From an uncultured Bacilli bacterium (GTDB taxonomy: Bacteria > Bacillota_I > Bacilli_A > RF39 > UBA660): a DNA stretch of 64,000 bases. Location: assembly GCA_934095865.1 (NCBI GenBank), contig CAKOKU010000003.1, forward strand, positions 38,593 to 102,592, given 5' to 3'. A program made the translations under genes and the position numbers. Below the pieces are notes generated by a model. It was not told the DNA's origin, searched no databases, and saw only the letters and a program-made list of their open reading frames with translations. Every line of letters begins with the position of its first letter. Position 1 is the first letter of the stretch. Below are positions 9,440-18,175 of this stretch, in pieces.

Positions 9440-9591
9440 ATTGACCTCAAAAATATTAAAAAGTATCATAGATATAAAATAGGCATTAAAGCCTTATAAA
9501 TACTAGCATTAGACTATATTAGTTAGGTGCAATATAATATAGTACATATCTTGCATCGAATATATAGGGTGAAAAGAGGTGAATATATGGC

Positions 9592-10449
9592 ATGAATAAA
9601 GAAGAATTAAAAACTAAATTAGATGAATTTATCGAAAATATAGAATTAGAAGAATTGGCAGACAAAACAATTCAGAGTTATAGAAATGCAGTTAATAAGT
9701 TTATAGATTATTTGCCTAATGAATTTGAAATCAATAAAAAATTGGTTATGGATTGGAAAAAGAAAATGCAAGAAGATGGATATGCCTTAAAATCAAGAAA
9801 TCAATTTATTGTAGTTGTAAATAAGTTCTTATATTATCTAGGTTTAGAAGAATGTGTTGTTAAATTATTTAAAGAACAAGAAAAATCTAACTTAGAAGAA
9901 TATATCGAGCCACAAGAACATAAGCGAATGTTAAGATGGGCTAAAAAATTAAATAATATGGAAGCTTATTATATAATTAAAGTTTTTGCAACATCTGGAG
10001 CAAGGGTAAGTGAATTAAAATATTTTACTGTTGAAAATTTAGATAGTAATTATATTAAAGGTGCTTATAACAAAGGTAAAGAAAGAATTTTAATTATGAC
10101 AAATGAATTAAGGCGAGAATTAAAGCATTATTGCAAAGATAAAAAAATTAAAACAGGTCAAATATTCAGAAGTACAGATGAAAAATTTATAAATGATCCT
10201 AATAAGATGATAAATGTATCGACAATTTGGCGATGGTTGAAAAAGATAGCACGTGCAGCAAAGATTAATCCTAATAAAATCCATGCACACGCATGGCGAC
10301 ATTTATTTGCAAAACAATGTAAAGAAAATGGCATCGATTTAGACGAATTAGCTGATATATTAGGACATAAAAATATAAACACAACGGCTATATATACAAA
10401 AACCTCAATGAAAGAGAAAAAACAAAAATTAGAAAAAATAAGGTATTAA
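9592..10449 (+). CDS. tyrosine site-specific recombinase (XerC/D-like, 285 aa) internal to the prophage
   Basis: SAM-like N-domain 'TIQSYRNAVNKFIDYL'. Catalytic signature 'ATSGARVSEL' (R), 'HAWRHLFA' (HxxR), 'LGHKNINTTAIYTK' (H..Y). Confidence 0.85.
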   Translation: MNKEELKTKLDEFIENIELEELADKTIQSYRNAVNKFIDYLPNEFEINKKLVMDWKKKMQEDGYALKSRNQFIVVVNKFLYYLGLEECVVKLFKEQEKSNLEEYIEPQEHKRMLRWAKKLNNMEAYYIIKVFATSGARVSELKYFTVENLDSNYIKGAYNKGKERILIMTNELRRELKHYCKDKKIKTGQIFRSTDEKFINDPNKMINVSTIWRWLKKIARAAKINPNKIHAHAWRHLFAKQCKENGIDLDELADILGHKNINTTAIYTKTSMKEKKQKLEKIRY

Positions 10450-10466
10450 AAATTGGAGGTATTTAT

Positions 10467-10685
10467 ATGAAAGATGAAATAATAGTTATCGAAAATCAAG
10501 CATCTCAATTATTATCAGAAAAAGATGCTATCATAGAACAAATCAAAAAGAATAATGTTGCTAGGAGTATGGTTTCAACAGAGCATTTAATTTGTACAAT
10601 TTCAATTATGAAAATACCAGATGATCAAGAAAGAAAAATTAGATTATTTGAAGAATTAGACAAATTAGCAGGAGTTATGGAATGA
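10467..10685 (+). CDS. hypothetical protein
   Basis: 72-aa ORF after GGAGG. Confidence 0.4.
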   Translation: MKDEIIVIENQASQLLSEKDAIIEQIKKNNVARSMVSTEHLICTISIMKIPDDQERKIRLFEELDKLAGVME

Positions 10686-10819
10686 TAATCTACTTTCTAA
10701 TAGGTTTCATAATTGGTTATGTTGGCTTAGATCTATATTGCAAATTTAATGAAGAAAAGGTGATAAAATGGAAGGAAAAATGGAGTTCGAGGAATTCGAA
10801 GAAAAATATCAAACATTAA
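10682..10819 (+). CDS. possible 45-aa membrane peptide
   Basis: ATGA overlap, AGGAG RBS, 'MIIYFLIGFIIGYVGLDLY'. Its 3' end overlaps the next ORF. Confidence 0.3.
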   Translation: MIIYFLIGFIIGYVGLDLYCKFNEEKVIKWKEKWSSRNSKKNIKH

Positions 10820-11040
10820 CAACAAAAGAGCAAGAAAAAGTTGCTATTGAATTAGTAAAAAGTGTTTTGCAAGATAAAGACCAGGTAAATTCAACAGTTT
10901 TTTCTAAAATGGTAGATATTCATTTAATCCAAAATTATCCAGATACAGAATATTATGAAATAATACCATTACAACGAAATACGATTGTAGAAAATCGATA
11001 TTCGTATGAAGAATTTTTAATCAGAAAGAAAAAAGCTTAA
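10768..11040 (+). CDS. hypothetical acidic protein
   Basis: 90-aa ORF after AAAGGTGA. Confidence 0.4.
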   Translation: MEGKMEFEEFEEKYQTLTTKEQEKVAIELVKSVLQDKDQVNSTVFSKMVDIHLIQNYPDTEYYEIIPLQRNTIVENRYSYEEFLIRKKKA

Positions 11041-11090
11041 TAAATATCAAAATAGTAATCATAACTTACATGAATTATAGAAAGTAAGGG

Positions 11091-11546
11091 GTGATGCTTA
11101 TGTATGAAAAATACCACAGAAGTTGGTATTTGATGATTTTATCACAAAGAGATTTAGAAGATTCACAATCAAAATTAGATCAGATAGAAGAAGAATTAGT
11201 CAAAACAACAATATCGATGAAATCAGATATTACAGGAAAAGGTGGTTTTTCTGATAAAATGGCTTCATTGATTGCTAAAAAAGTTGATTTAGAAGATATT
11301 ATCAAAGCACAGAGGACTTTATATAATACTCGTAAAAAAAGAATGAAAAAAGATTTAAGAAAACTTAAAGCAAGCGATGATGTTATGGATGACATTTATA
11401 GACGTAAATTTGTAGACAAAGAAAAAGTAAAAAATATCGCTAGGGGGGTAAACTTTTCGAGAGAATACACTTACGACTTAATATCGAGAATTCGCCGTAA
11501 AATTGACGAAATTCAAGACGAATTGAGGACAAAAAATAAAAAGTAA
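11091..11546 (+). CDS. putative late-gene transcriptional activator (sigma-70 region-4-like HTH; RinA/ArpU-like position)
   Basis: C-terminus 'DDIYRRKFVDKEKVKNIARGVNFSREYTYDLISRIRRKI' looks like a region-4 HTH. It is the last gene before the packaging module. Confidence 0.4.
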   Translation: MMLMYEKYHRSWYLMILSQRDLEDSQSKLDQIEEELVKTTISMKSDITGKGGFSDKMASLIAKKVDLEDIIKAQRTLYNTRKKRMKKDLRKLKASDDVMDDIYRRKFVDKEKVKNIARGVNFSREYTYDLISRIRRKIDEIQDELRTKNKK

Positions 11547-11548
11547 AC

Positions 11549-11582
11549 ATCTTACAAAATCTTACAAAACTTGTGTTATAAT
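11549..11582 (+). promoter_or_regulatory. candidate late promoter: two tandem ATCTTACAAA boxes + extended -10 (TGtTATAAT), no good -35
   Basis: 11549-11568 = ATCTTACAAA x2. TGT+TATAAT at 11574-11582. No TTGACA-like hexamer at 17 nt, as expected for an activator-dependent promoter. Confidence 0.4.
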
Positions 11583-11721
11583 GTTATTGTGAGATTATTA
11601 TAAAATGGCTTACATCTGTTAGTTCTTTACTCACAGTTTGGAACTTATAGAGGTTTTGAGTGTTGCACCAATTAAGCAATGCTTTTTTTTTAATTTTTTT
11701 TTGAAAGGTGGTGCGAAAGTT

Positions 11722-12093
11722 ATGAGTAAGAAAGATGCAAAGAATACACCAGCTAAAAAGGATGATTCAATGGTAGAGGTAAGAGTAATCAACAATTTCC
11801 TAGACAAAACAAAAAATAAAAAGTTCATGTCAGTTGATACTGTTTATAAGACAGATAAAGACAGAGCTGATGAATTAGTTAGACTAGGTTATGTTGTATA
11901 TGTTGCCGAAGATCCAAATGCTAATGGTAATGTAGATCCAAATGCTGATGGAAACGAAGATCCAAATGCTAATGGTAATGTAGATCCAAATGCTGATGGA
12001 AACGAAGATCCAAATGCTGATGGAAACGAAGATCCAAATGCTGATGGTAATGTAGATCCAAATGCTGATGATTCAAATGTCCCAAACGAATAA
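11722..12093 (+). CDS. repeat-containing protein with DPNA(N/D)GN(V/E) octapeptide array
   Basis: ATG 11722 after GAAAGGTGG (track ORF opens at 11638 within the leader). The C-terminal half is ~7 tandem octapeptides. Confidence 0.6.
   Translation: MSKKDAKNTPAKKDDSMVEVRVINNFLDKTKNKKFMSVDTVYKTDKDRADELVRLGYVVYVAEDPNANGNVDPNADGNEDPNANGNVDPNADGNEDPNADGNEDPNADGNVDPNADDSNVPNE
11911..12078 (+). repeat. 24-bp coding tandem repeat, ~6.7 copies, two alternating unit variants
   Basis: GATCCAAATGCTAATGGTAATGTA / GATCCAAATGCTGATGGAAACGAA, read directly; order a-b-a-b-b-a'-partial. Confidence 0.95.
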
Positions 12094-12185
12094 CAGATGA
12101 TAGTTTCTATCATACAACCGCTTGGAAAAAGAAACGTCTTGAAATATTAAGACGTGATAACTATGAGTGTCAACGATGTAAGTCA

Positions 12186-12392
12186 ATGGGTAGAGTTACA
12201 ACTAATAATCCACATGGCAAAGGGAAGAAGGTCAAGATAGAAGTTCACCACAAGAAAGAACTTAAAGACTTTCCAGAACTTGCACTTGTAAATAGTAATT
12301 TAATTACTTTATGCACGAGATGTCACAATGAAATTCACGAAAGGTTTAAATATCAAGTATCAAAGAAATTTACTAATGTCGAACGTTGGTAA
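12186..12392 (+). CDS. HNH endonuclease (packaging-associated); homologous frame is open from 12072 but has no canonical start before 12186
   Basis: 'VHHKKEL...NLITLCTRCHNEIH' is the HNH core. The first zinc pair and the 'FYHTTAWKKKRLEILRRDNYECQRC' box lie upstream of the only ATG. Confidence 0.75.
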   Translation: MGRVTTNNPHGKGKKVKIEVHHKKELKDFPELALVNSNLITLCTRCHNEIHERFKYQVSKKFTNVERW

Positions 12393-12496
12393 ACATATCC
12401 CCCCCGGTCAAAAAATTCACCATCAATTTGGGGGTGAAGTAAACGTGAGGGGGCAGTGACTTTGGAGGAATTTCAAAAAAATTCATGTGAAGGGGG
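12393..12496 (+). other. candidate cos / packaging-recognition region
   Basis: C7 (12399-12405), G5 (12430-12434), G5 (12449-12453) and G6 (12492-12497) runs in an otherwise AT-rich phage. Located between HNH and terS, as in HNH/cos phages. Confidence 0.35.
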
Positions 12497-12505
12497 GTGG
12501 TGTAT

Positions 12506-12874
12506 ATGGCAGCCGCTCAAGAAACTAAAAAATCAAAAAAGAGATTATCCGGTACAAGAGGGAAAATCTATAAAAGTTTAAAAGAGCAATTAGAACTTGC
12601 TGATAATTATAACGATTACACAGAGGATCTATTAAGAGATTACATTACGATGTATGATACCAAATGCAAACTCGCCCAGGACATCGAAGATAGAGGTGTA
12701 TCTTTGGAATATGACAACGGCGGTGGACAAAAAGGTCGTAAGAGCAATCCTAGTATTGATCTTATGAATCGTACGAATGCACAAATGCTAAAACTACTTG
12801 ATGCACTTGGATTAAAGCCGTCAAAGATGCTTACAAAATCGCCAGATGATGGTGATGATGATGACGAGTTGTAG
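12506..12874 (+). CDS. terminase small subunit, P27 family
   Basis: 'EDLLRDYITMYDTKCKLAQDIEDRGV...GGGQKGRKSNPSIDLMNRTNAQMLKLLDALGL' is typical of P27 terS. ATG 12506 is 8 nt after the G-rich RBS. Confidence 0.8.
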   Translation: MAAAQETKKSKKRLSGTRGKIYKSLKEQLELADNYNDYTEDLLRDYITMYDTKCKLAQDIEDRGVSLEYDNGGGQKGRKSNPSIDLMNRTNAQMLKLLDALGLKPSKMLTKSPDDGDDDDEL

Positions 12875-14519
12875 TAATAAGTATGTACAAGAATATTTTG
12901 ATTTAGTAGAATCTGGTAAGATTATAGTTTGCAACAAAGTCAGACAAAATATTGAGTTAGTTAAGGCTAAACTCAATGAAGATGTTTACTTTGAAGATGA
13001 GAAAATCGAAAAATCGATAAGAGCCATTGAAAAATATTTTTTTAAATTATTTCCGTTCCAAAAATACATCTTAGCATGTATTTTTTTACGTTATAAAGCC
13101 GATAATAAATTGGTTTTTAAAGAATTTTATCTTAAATTAGGACGTGGAAATGGAAAAAATGGTTTAATATCCGCTCTTGCTTTTATTCTGATTTCAAATA
13201 TCAATAATGTTATGAGTTATAATGTTGAAATCATAGCAAATAGTGAAGAACAAGCAATGACATCTTTTGAAGATGTTTACAATGTAATTGATGATCCTCA
13301 CAATGCTAAATTAGCAAGTAAATTTGTTTATACAAAGGAAAAAATCACATTTAAAAAAACACGATCAAGGCTAAAATTCTATACATCCAATCCAAAAACT
13401 AAAGATGGTGGTCGTCCAGGCTGTTTAATTTTCGATGAGATTCACGCTTACGAAAGTTTTAAGAATATTGACGTTCATACATCAGGTTTTGGTAAGAAGC
13501 CAGATAGTCGTACATTTATGATTACGACTGATGGTAATGTAAGAGATGGAGTTTTAGATTCATACGATGGTGAAGCCGCTTGTGTTTTAGATGGCTCAAT
13601 ACCGAATTCAAGAATGTTCCCGTTCGTATGTGAACTAGATGATCCAGAAGAAGTTGATAATCCAAAGATGTGGGAAAAGCCATGTCCAGCGATTAACTAT
13701 TTACCAGAATTAAAACAAGAAATGCTTGATAAATATCAATCAATGCAAATTCGTCCTCACGAAAGAAATGAATTCATGACTAAAAGAATGAATTTACCAC
13801 ATCGTGATGAAGCAACCGCAGTTGCTAAATGGGAAGATATAGAGGCTACCAATCAAGAAATACCAAATTTAGAGAATTATACCGCAGTCGGTGGAATCGA
13901 CTATGCGGAGGTACGAGATTTTTGTGCAGTAGGACTATTATTCAAGAAAGATAATAAATATATCTGGTTACATCATACTTTTATTTGTGGCAAAAGCCCT
14001 AATTTAAAGGCTATTAAGTTCGATATTGATTTAGCAATTGATAAAGGCATAGCAGAGATTACTAATGGAAATACAATAGATCCGGAATTAGTCGTATGTT
14101 GGTTTTTAAATGCTCTAAAAAAATATGGAATTAAAAGAATTGCGATGGATAGATTCCGTTATAATGTATTAAAAGATACATTTAATAAATACGGTATTTA
14201 TCCGCAAGACAAAGAACATCCAGACGGACTACTCGTGTTGATAGGTAATGGTTACATTACACATAACAAAGTTGCCCCACTAATTGATGAGATATTTGCT
14301 AATCACAAAATAATTTATGGCGATGATCCGATGATGAGATGGTACACCAACAATACCTATGTTGATGTTGATAAAAAAGGTAATAAATCTTATAAAAAAA
14401 TCGAGCCTAAATTAAGAAAAACAGATGGTTTCATGGCACTTGTTGCAGCAATTAGTATTGAAAATGAAATTCCGTTTGATACAAGCGGAGCAGAATTACT
14501 TGGTGCAATAACATTTTAG
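12846..14519 (+). CDS. terminase large subunit (Terminase_1 family)
   Basis: 557 aa. P-loop-like 'LGRGNGKNGL', Walker B 'CLIFDEIHAYE', C-terminal nuclease region. Follows terS; exact start uncertain. Confidence 0.85.
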   Translation: MMVMMMTSCSNKYVQEYFDLVESGKIIVCNKVRQNIELVKAKLNEDVYFEDEKIEKSIRAIEKYFFKLFPFQKYILACIFLRYKADNKLVFKEFYLKLGRGNGKNGLISALAFILISNINNVMSYNVEIIANSEEQAMTSFEDVYNVIDDPHNAKLASKFVYTKEKITFKKTRSRLKFYTSNPKTKDGGRPGCLIFDEIHAYESFKNIDVHTSGFGKKPDSRTFMITTDGNVRDGVLDSYDGEAACVLDGSIPNSRMFPFVCELDDPEEVDNPKMWEKPCPAINYLPELKQEMLDKYQSMQIRPHERNEFMTKRMNLPHRDEATAVAKWEDIEATNQEIPNLENYTAVGGIDYAEVRDFCAVGLLFKKDNKYIWLHHTFICGKSPNLKAIKFDIDLAIDKGIAEITNGNTIDPELVVCWFLNALKKYGIKRIAMDRFRYNVLKDTFNKYGIYPQDKEHPDGLLVLIGNGYITHNKVAPLIDEIFANHKIIYGDDPMMRWYTNNTYVDVDKKGNKSYKKIEPKLRKTDGFMALVAAISIENEIPFDTSGAELLGAITF

Positions 14520-14534
14520 GAAAGGTGGGATTTT

Positions 14535-15683
14535 ATGGGATTTTTTAATTGGTTAAAATTTGCTTTTACCAAAGATGGAATCGCCGATTTATCCGAAACC
14601 TTTGATTCAGATGTTTTGCTTGAAGTGTATTATAAAGAATTGGCTATATTTAGTGCAATCAATCTTATTTCTAAAGGTTTAGCGAATAGTACATTTAAGA
14701 CTTATCACAAAAACAAAGAAATTAAGAAGGATAATTATTATTTATTTAATATTGAGCCTAATCCAAATCAAAATGCACAGGAATTCTGGAATCAAGCAAT
14801 ATATAACCTCGTTTATAACAACGATGTTTTAATTATCCAGGCTAATGGATATTTTTATGTTGCAGATTCATTTATTAAAGGCGATAAAGTGTTATATCCT
14901 AATGATTTTACTGATGTTCAAATCGGTACATTAACGATGAGAAAAAAATATTTTCAAAATGAGGTATTTTATACAAAATTAAATTATCGTAAAGTGTCGG
15001 AACTTATTGACGGTTTATATTCTTCTTACGGAAAACTATTATCTCATGCAATGAAAGATTATAGTAAAAGGGGAGGTATAAAAGGTCAAGTTAAATTATC
15101 AACGGCTTTTTCGCAAAGGTTTAATGACCAAGAAAAGTTAAGACAATATATTCACGATAAATTTAAGAGTTATTTTGATTCTACTAATGCAGTAATGCCA
15201 GTTGAAGACGGATTCCAATTTATTGAATCAGATAAATTGAAATCGACAACTAATAGTGAAGAAATTAACAAACTTATTGATGAAATATTTTCTATAACAG
15301 GAATTGCTTTTAATATTCCAAAAGGTTTACTTATGGGAAATCTAGCAGATTTAAAAAGTTCTATCGAGAGTTTTCAAACTTTTTGTTTAGATCCAATATC
15401 AAATATGTTTGAAGATGAAATCAATCGTAAATTATATGGAAAAGATGCATATTTATCTGGAACATGTTTAAGAATTGATACATCGTCATTAAAACACATC
15501 GACATATTAGAAACGGCATCTAATCAAGAGGCACTTATTAGGAATGGTTATAGTCCTAATGAGGTAAGAAAAATTGTAAAATTCGATCAGGTAGATGAGG
15601 AATGGGCTAATACACACTATATAACTAAAAATTATAGTGCAGATTTAAGCAAAGAAAATGAGAAAGAAGGTGAACAGGCATGA
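14535..15683 (+). CDS. portal protein (HK97-type)
   Basis: 382 aa, placed between terL and the prohead protease; 'NPNQNAQEFWNQ...' portal-like features. Confidence 0.8.
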   Translation: MGFFNWLKFAFTKDGIADLSETFDSDVLLEVYYKELAIFSAINLISKGLANSTFKTYHKNKEIKKDNYYLFNIEPNPNQNAQEFWNQAIYNLVYNNDVLIIQANGYFYVADSFIKGDKVLYPNDFTDVQIGTLTMRKKYFQNEVFYTKLNYRKVSELIDGLYSSYGKLLSHAMKDYSKRGGIKGQVKLSTAFSQRFNDQEKLRQYIHDKFKSYFDSTNAVMPVEDGFQFIESDKLKSTTNSEEINKLIDEIFSITGIAFNIPKGLLMGNLADLKSSIESFQTFCLDPISNMFEDEINRKLYGKDAYLSGTCLRIDTSSLKHIDILETASNQEALIRNGYSPNEVRKIVKFDQVDEEWANTHYITKNYSADLSKENEKEGEQA

Positions 15684-16408
15684 AACAAACATTTATGAAA
15701 TTCATAGATAACGAAGAAACCGAAGAAGCAGAATTATTTATCTATGGTGATATAGTAGATTTTGCTTGGTGGGATGAAGATGTATCAGCAAATGATATTC
15801 GTAAAAAACTAGACGAAACAAATGCAAAAACAATCAACGTGCACATCAATTCGTTAGGTGGAGATACTTTCACAGGTGTAGCAATTTATAATTTGTTAAG
15901 AGAAAAAAGCAAGACATCAAAAATAGTAACGTATGTTGATGCCATTGCCGCTTCCGCAGCATCTATAATTGCAATGGCAGGTGATGAAATTGTCATGCCA
16001 AGTAATACTCTTATGATGATTCATAATTGTTGGACTCTTGGTGTCGGAAATGCTAACGAATTAAGAAAAGTTGCTTCTGATATGGATAAGATAATGGATG
16101 CGGTAATTCAATGTTATTTATCAAAAGTAAAAATAACAGAAGAAGAATTGCGAAACTTACTTGATGAGGAAACTTATTTAACCGCTCAAGAAGCATTAGA
16201 AAAAGGCTTCTGTGATAAAATTATCGAGCTAAAAGAAGATAGCAAAGAGATTCAACAAAATGCTCTTTCAAGTCTAGTAAGAATCGTAAAAAATTCAAAA
16301 GAAAAATCAAAAGTGGTAAATGAAACAAATTTAATTGTTTCAAATAAAATAGTTGAAAATAATAGCAAAGAGGAAAGTGATATTAAATCACTTTTTAATT
16401 TGAAGTAA
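15680..16408 (+). CDS. ClpP-family head maturation protease
   Basis: 'INSLGGDTFTGVAIYNLL...VDAIAASAASIIAMAGDEIVMPSNTLMMIHN' carries the ClpP Ser/His context. Confidence 0.85.
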   Translation: MKQTFMKFIDNEETEEAELFIYGDIVDFAWWDEDVSANDIRKKLDETNAKTINVHINSLGGDTFTGVAIYNLLREKSKTSKIVTYVDAIAASAASIIAMAGDEIVMPSNTLMMIHNCWTLGVGNANELRKVASDMDKIMDAVIQCYLSKVKITEEELRNLLDEETYLTAQEALEKGFCDKIIELKEDSKEIQQNALSSLVRIVKNSKEKSKVVNETNLIVSNKIVENNSKEESDIKSLFNLK

Positions 16409-16422
16409 TTGGAGGGATTTTA

Positions 16423-17538
16423 ATGAAAAACAAGGATTTAGAAACTATTACAAAAGATGAATTAAAAAGTAAAGCATTAAATGCTATCAGAGAAGGAAAA
16501 GCCGAAGAATTCGTGGATGAAATCACAAGTTATTTTAATGTATTAGCAGATGAGGTTAAGGCAGAATATGAATCAGCAATCGCAAGTAATGACAAAGAAA
16601 TATTATCAAAAAGAGGTGTTAGAGTATTAACATCAGTCGAGGAAAAATATTATAAATCATTAGCAAATGCTATGAAAACAAAATCAGCATTAACTGATAT
16701 TGAAATGCCAAGAACAATTATTGATAGTGTGTTCGATGAATTAGAACATGATCATGAATTGTTACAAAAAATTAATTTCCAAAATGTTACAGGTATTACA
16801 GAAATCATTGTTCGCAATGGTGATGTAGAAGCAGCATGGTGGGGTGCTTTAACAGATCAAATCAAAAAACAATTAGCAGCAGCATTTAAGAAAATTACAA
16901 CTGATGCTAAAAAGTTATCAGCATATATTCCTGTTGCTAAAGCACATTTAGATCTTGGACCTACATATCTTGATATGTTTGTAAGAAGATTCTTACTAGA
17001 ATCATTATCAATTGGTCTTGAAAATGCTATTGTTACAGGTGATGGTAAAGATAAGCCAATCGGTATGGATAGAGACCTAAAAGGTAGTGTTGTAGAAGGT
17101 GTATATCCACAAAAAACAGCAAAAGAAATTACTGATTTAGATTTAGTTACATTAGGTGGTTTAATGGCTGATTTAACTAATGATGGTAAGAGAAAAGTTG
17201 CAAGTGCTTTATTTATCGTTAACCCATACGATTATTATTCTAAAGTATTACCTAAAATTTATTATCGTACAGATGATGGACGTTGGGTAAACAATTTACC
17301 ATTCCCTATCGAATTTGTACAATCATGCGAAGTTGCTAAAGGTAAAGCAGTTATCGGTATTGGCAAAAAATATTTCCTAGGTTTAGGCTCACAAAACAAA
17401 ATTGATAAATCAGAAGAATATCATTTCCTAGAAGATGAAACTGTATATCTTGCTAAATTATATGGTACAGGTATGCCATTAGATAATACATCATTCATCT
17501 ATCTTGATATTTCTAAAATTGCAACACCAACTGTTTAA
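16423..17538 (+). CDS. major capsid protein, HK97 family
   Basis: 371 aa after the protease; N-terminal delta-like coiled region followed by an HK97-like core. Confidence 0.8.
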   Translation: MKNKDLETITKDELKSKALNAIREGKAEEFVDEITSYFNVLADEVKAEYESAIASNDKEILSKRGVRVLTSVEEKYYKSLANAMKTKSALTDIEMPRTIIDSVFDELEHDHELLQKINFQNVTGITEIIVRNGDVEAAWWGALTDQIKKQLAAAFKKITTDAKKLSAYIPVAKAHLDLGPTYLDMFVRRFLLESLSIGLENAIVTGDGKDKPIGMDRDLKGSVVEGVYPQKTAKEITDLDLVTLGGLMADLTNDGKRKVASALFIVNPYDYYSKVLPKIYYRTDDGRWVNNLPFPIEFVQSCEVAKGKAVIGIGKKYFLGLGSQNKIDKSEEYHFLEDETVYLAKLYGTGMPLDNTSFIYLDISKIATPTV

Positions 17539-17559
17539 TGAAATGCGAGGTGATAGATC

Positions 17560-17877
17560 ATGGAAAAATCGCTAAAAGAGAAATTTCCATATTTTGAAGA
17601 AATCAAAAGACACTTGGCTATCACTTGGGATGATGAGGGCACTAACCTTACAATAAGAGATTATATAATTGATGGACAGAATCACCTTAAAACTATTAGT
17701 GGTGATTCCGCCATCGATTTTAATACCGATATAGAAGCAAAAAGATTATTAAAAGAATATTGTAGATACGCCAGAAATTATAGTATTGAAGCATTTAATC
17801 ATAATTTCCAGGACGATCTATTGAGGTTTCAAATAGCACATGCCGTTGACGATTATGGTAAAACACCAGACGTATAA
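17560..17877 (+). CDS. gp6-like head-tail connector protein
   Basis: 'IKRHLAITWDDEGTNLTIRDYIIDGQNHL...LLKEYCRYARNYSIEAF' pattern; position after the capsid gene. Confidence 0.6.
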   Translation: MEKSLKEKFPYFEEIKRHLAITWDDEGTNLTIRDYIIDGQNHLKTISGDSAIDFNTDIEAKRLLKEYCRYARNYSIEAFNHNFQDDLLRFQIAHAVDDYGKTPDV

Positions 17878-18175
17878 CGATGGTATTTTGAAATATTATT
17901 CTTTGACACCAAAATATAATGCTTCTAAAAAGAAAATCGGTGATGAAAAAACTTATAAAGGCAAATTAAATTATGAATTAGCATATAAAAGGCAGCAAGA
18001 TTATGACTTTGCAGAATCTAAAAGTAAAAAGCTTGATATGAAAGTAAAGACACCTAAAATTGCATTTAATACAGATTATATTATTGAGTTAAATAATGAA
18101 TTCTATGAGTGTTATTTATGCGAAGATAGTGACAAATTTAGTAATTATCTTTATTTACAGAAGGTGACATTATGA
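17855..18175 (+). CDS. head closure / head-tail adaptor protein
   Basis: Position and size (about 106 aa). An alternative ATG at 17840 would overlap more of the upstream gene. Confidence 0.5.
   Translation: MVKHQTYNDGILKYYSLTPKYNASKKKIGDEKTYKGKLNYELAYKRQQDYDFAESKSKKLDMKVKTPKIAFNTDYIIELNNEFYECYLCEDSDKFSNYLYLQKVTL

Noticed and set aside
11638-11721. N-terminal extension of the repeat protein as given in the ORF track (start 11638).
   Set aside because: The extension runs through the T-rich leader ('[11 protein letters not shown]'). A proper RBS (GAAAGGTGG) precedes the in-frame ATG at 11722.
11911-12078. Regular 24-bp repeats checked as a possible CRISPR-like array.
   Set aside because: The units are contiguous with no spacers and lie in frame within a coding sequence, so this is a coding tandem repeat. 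No CRISPR array was seen anywhere in the window.
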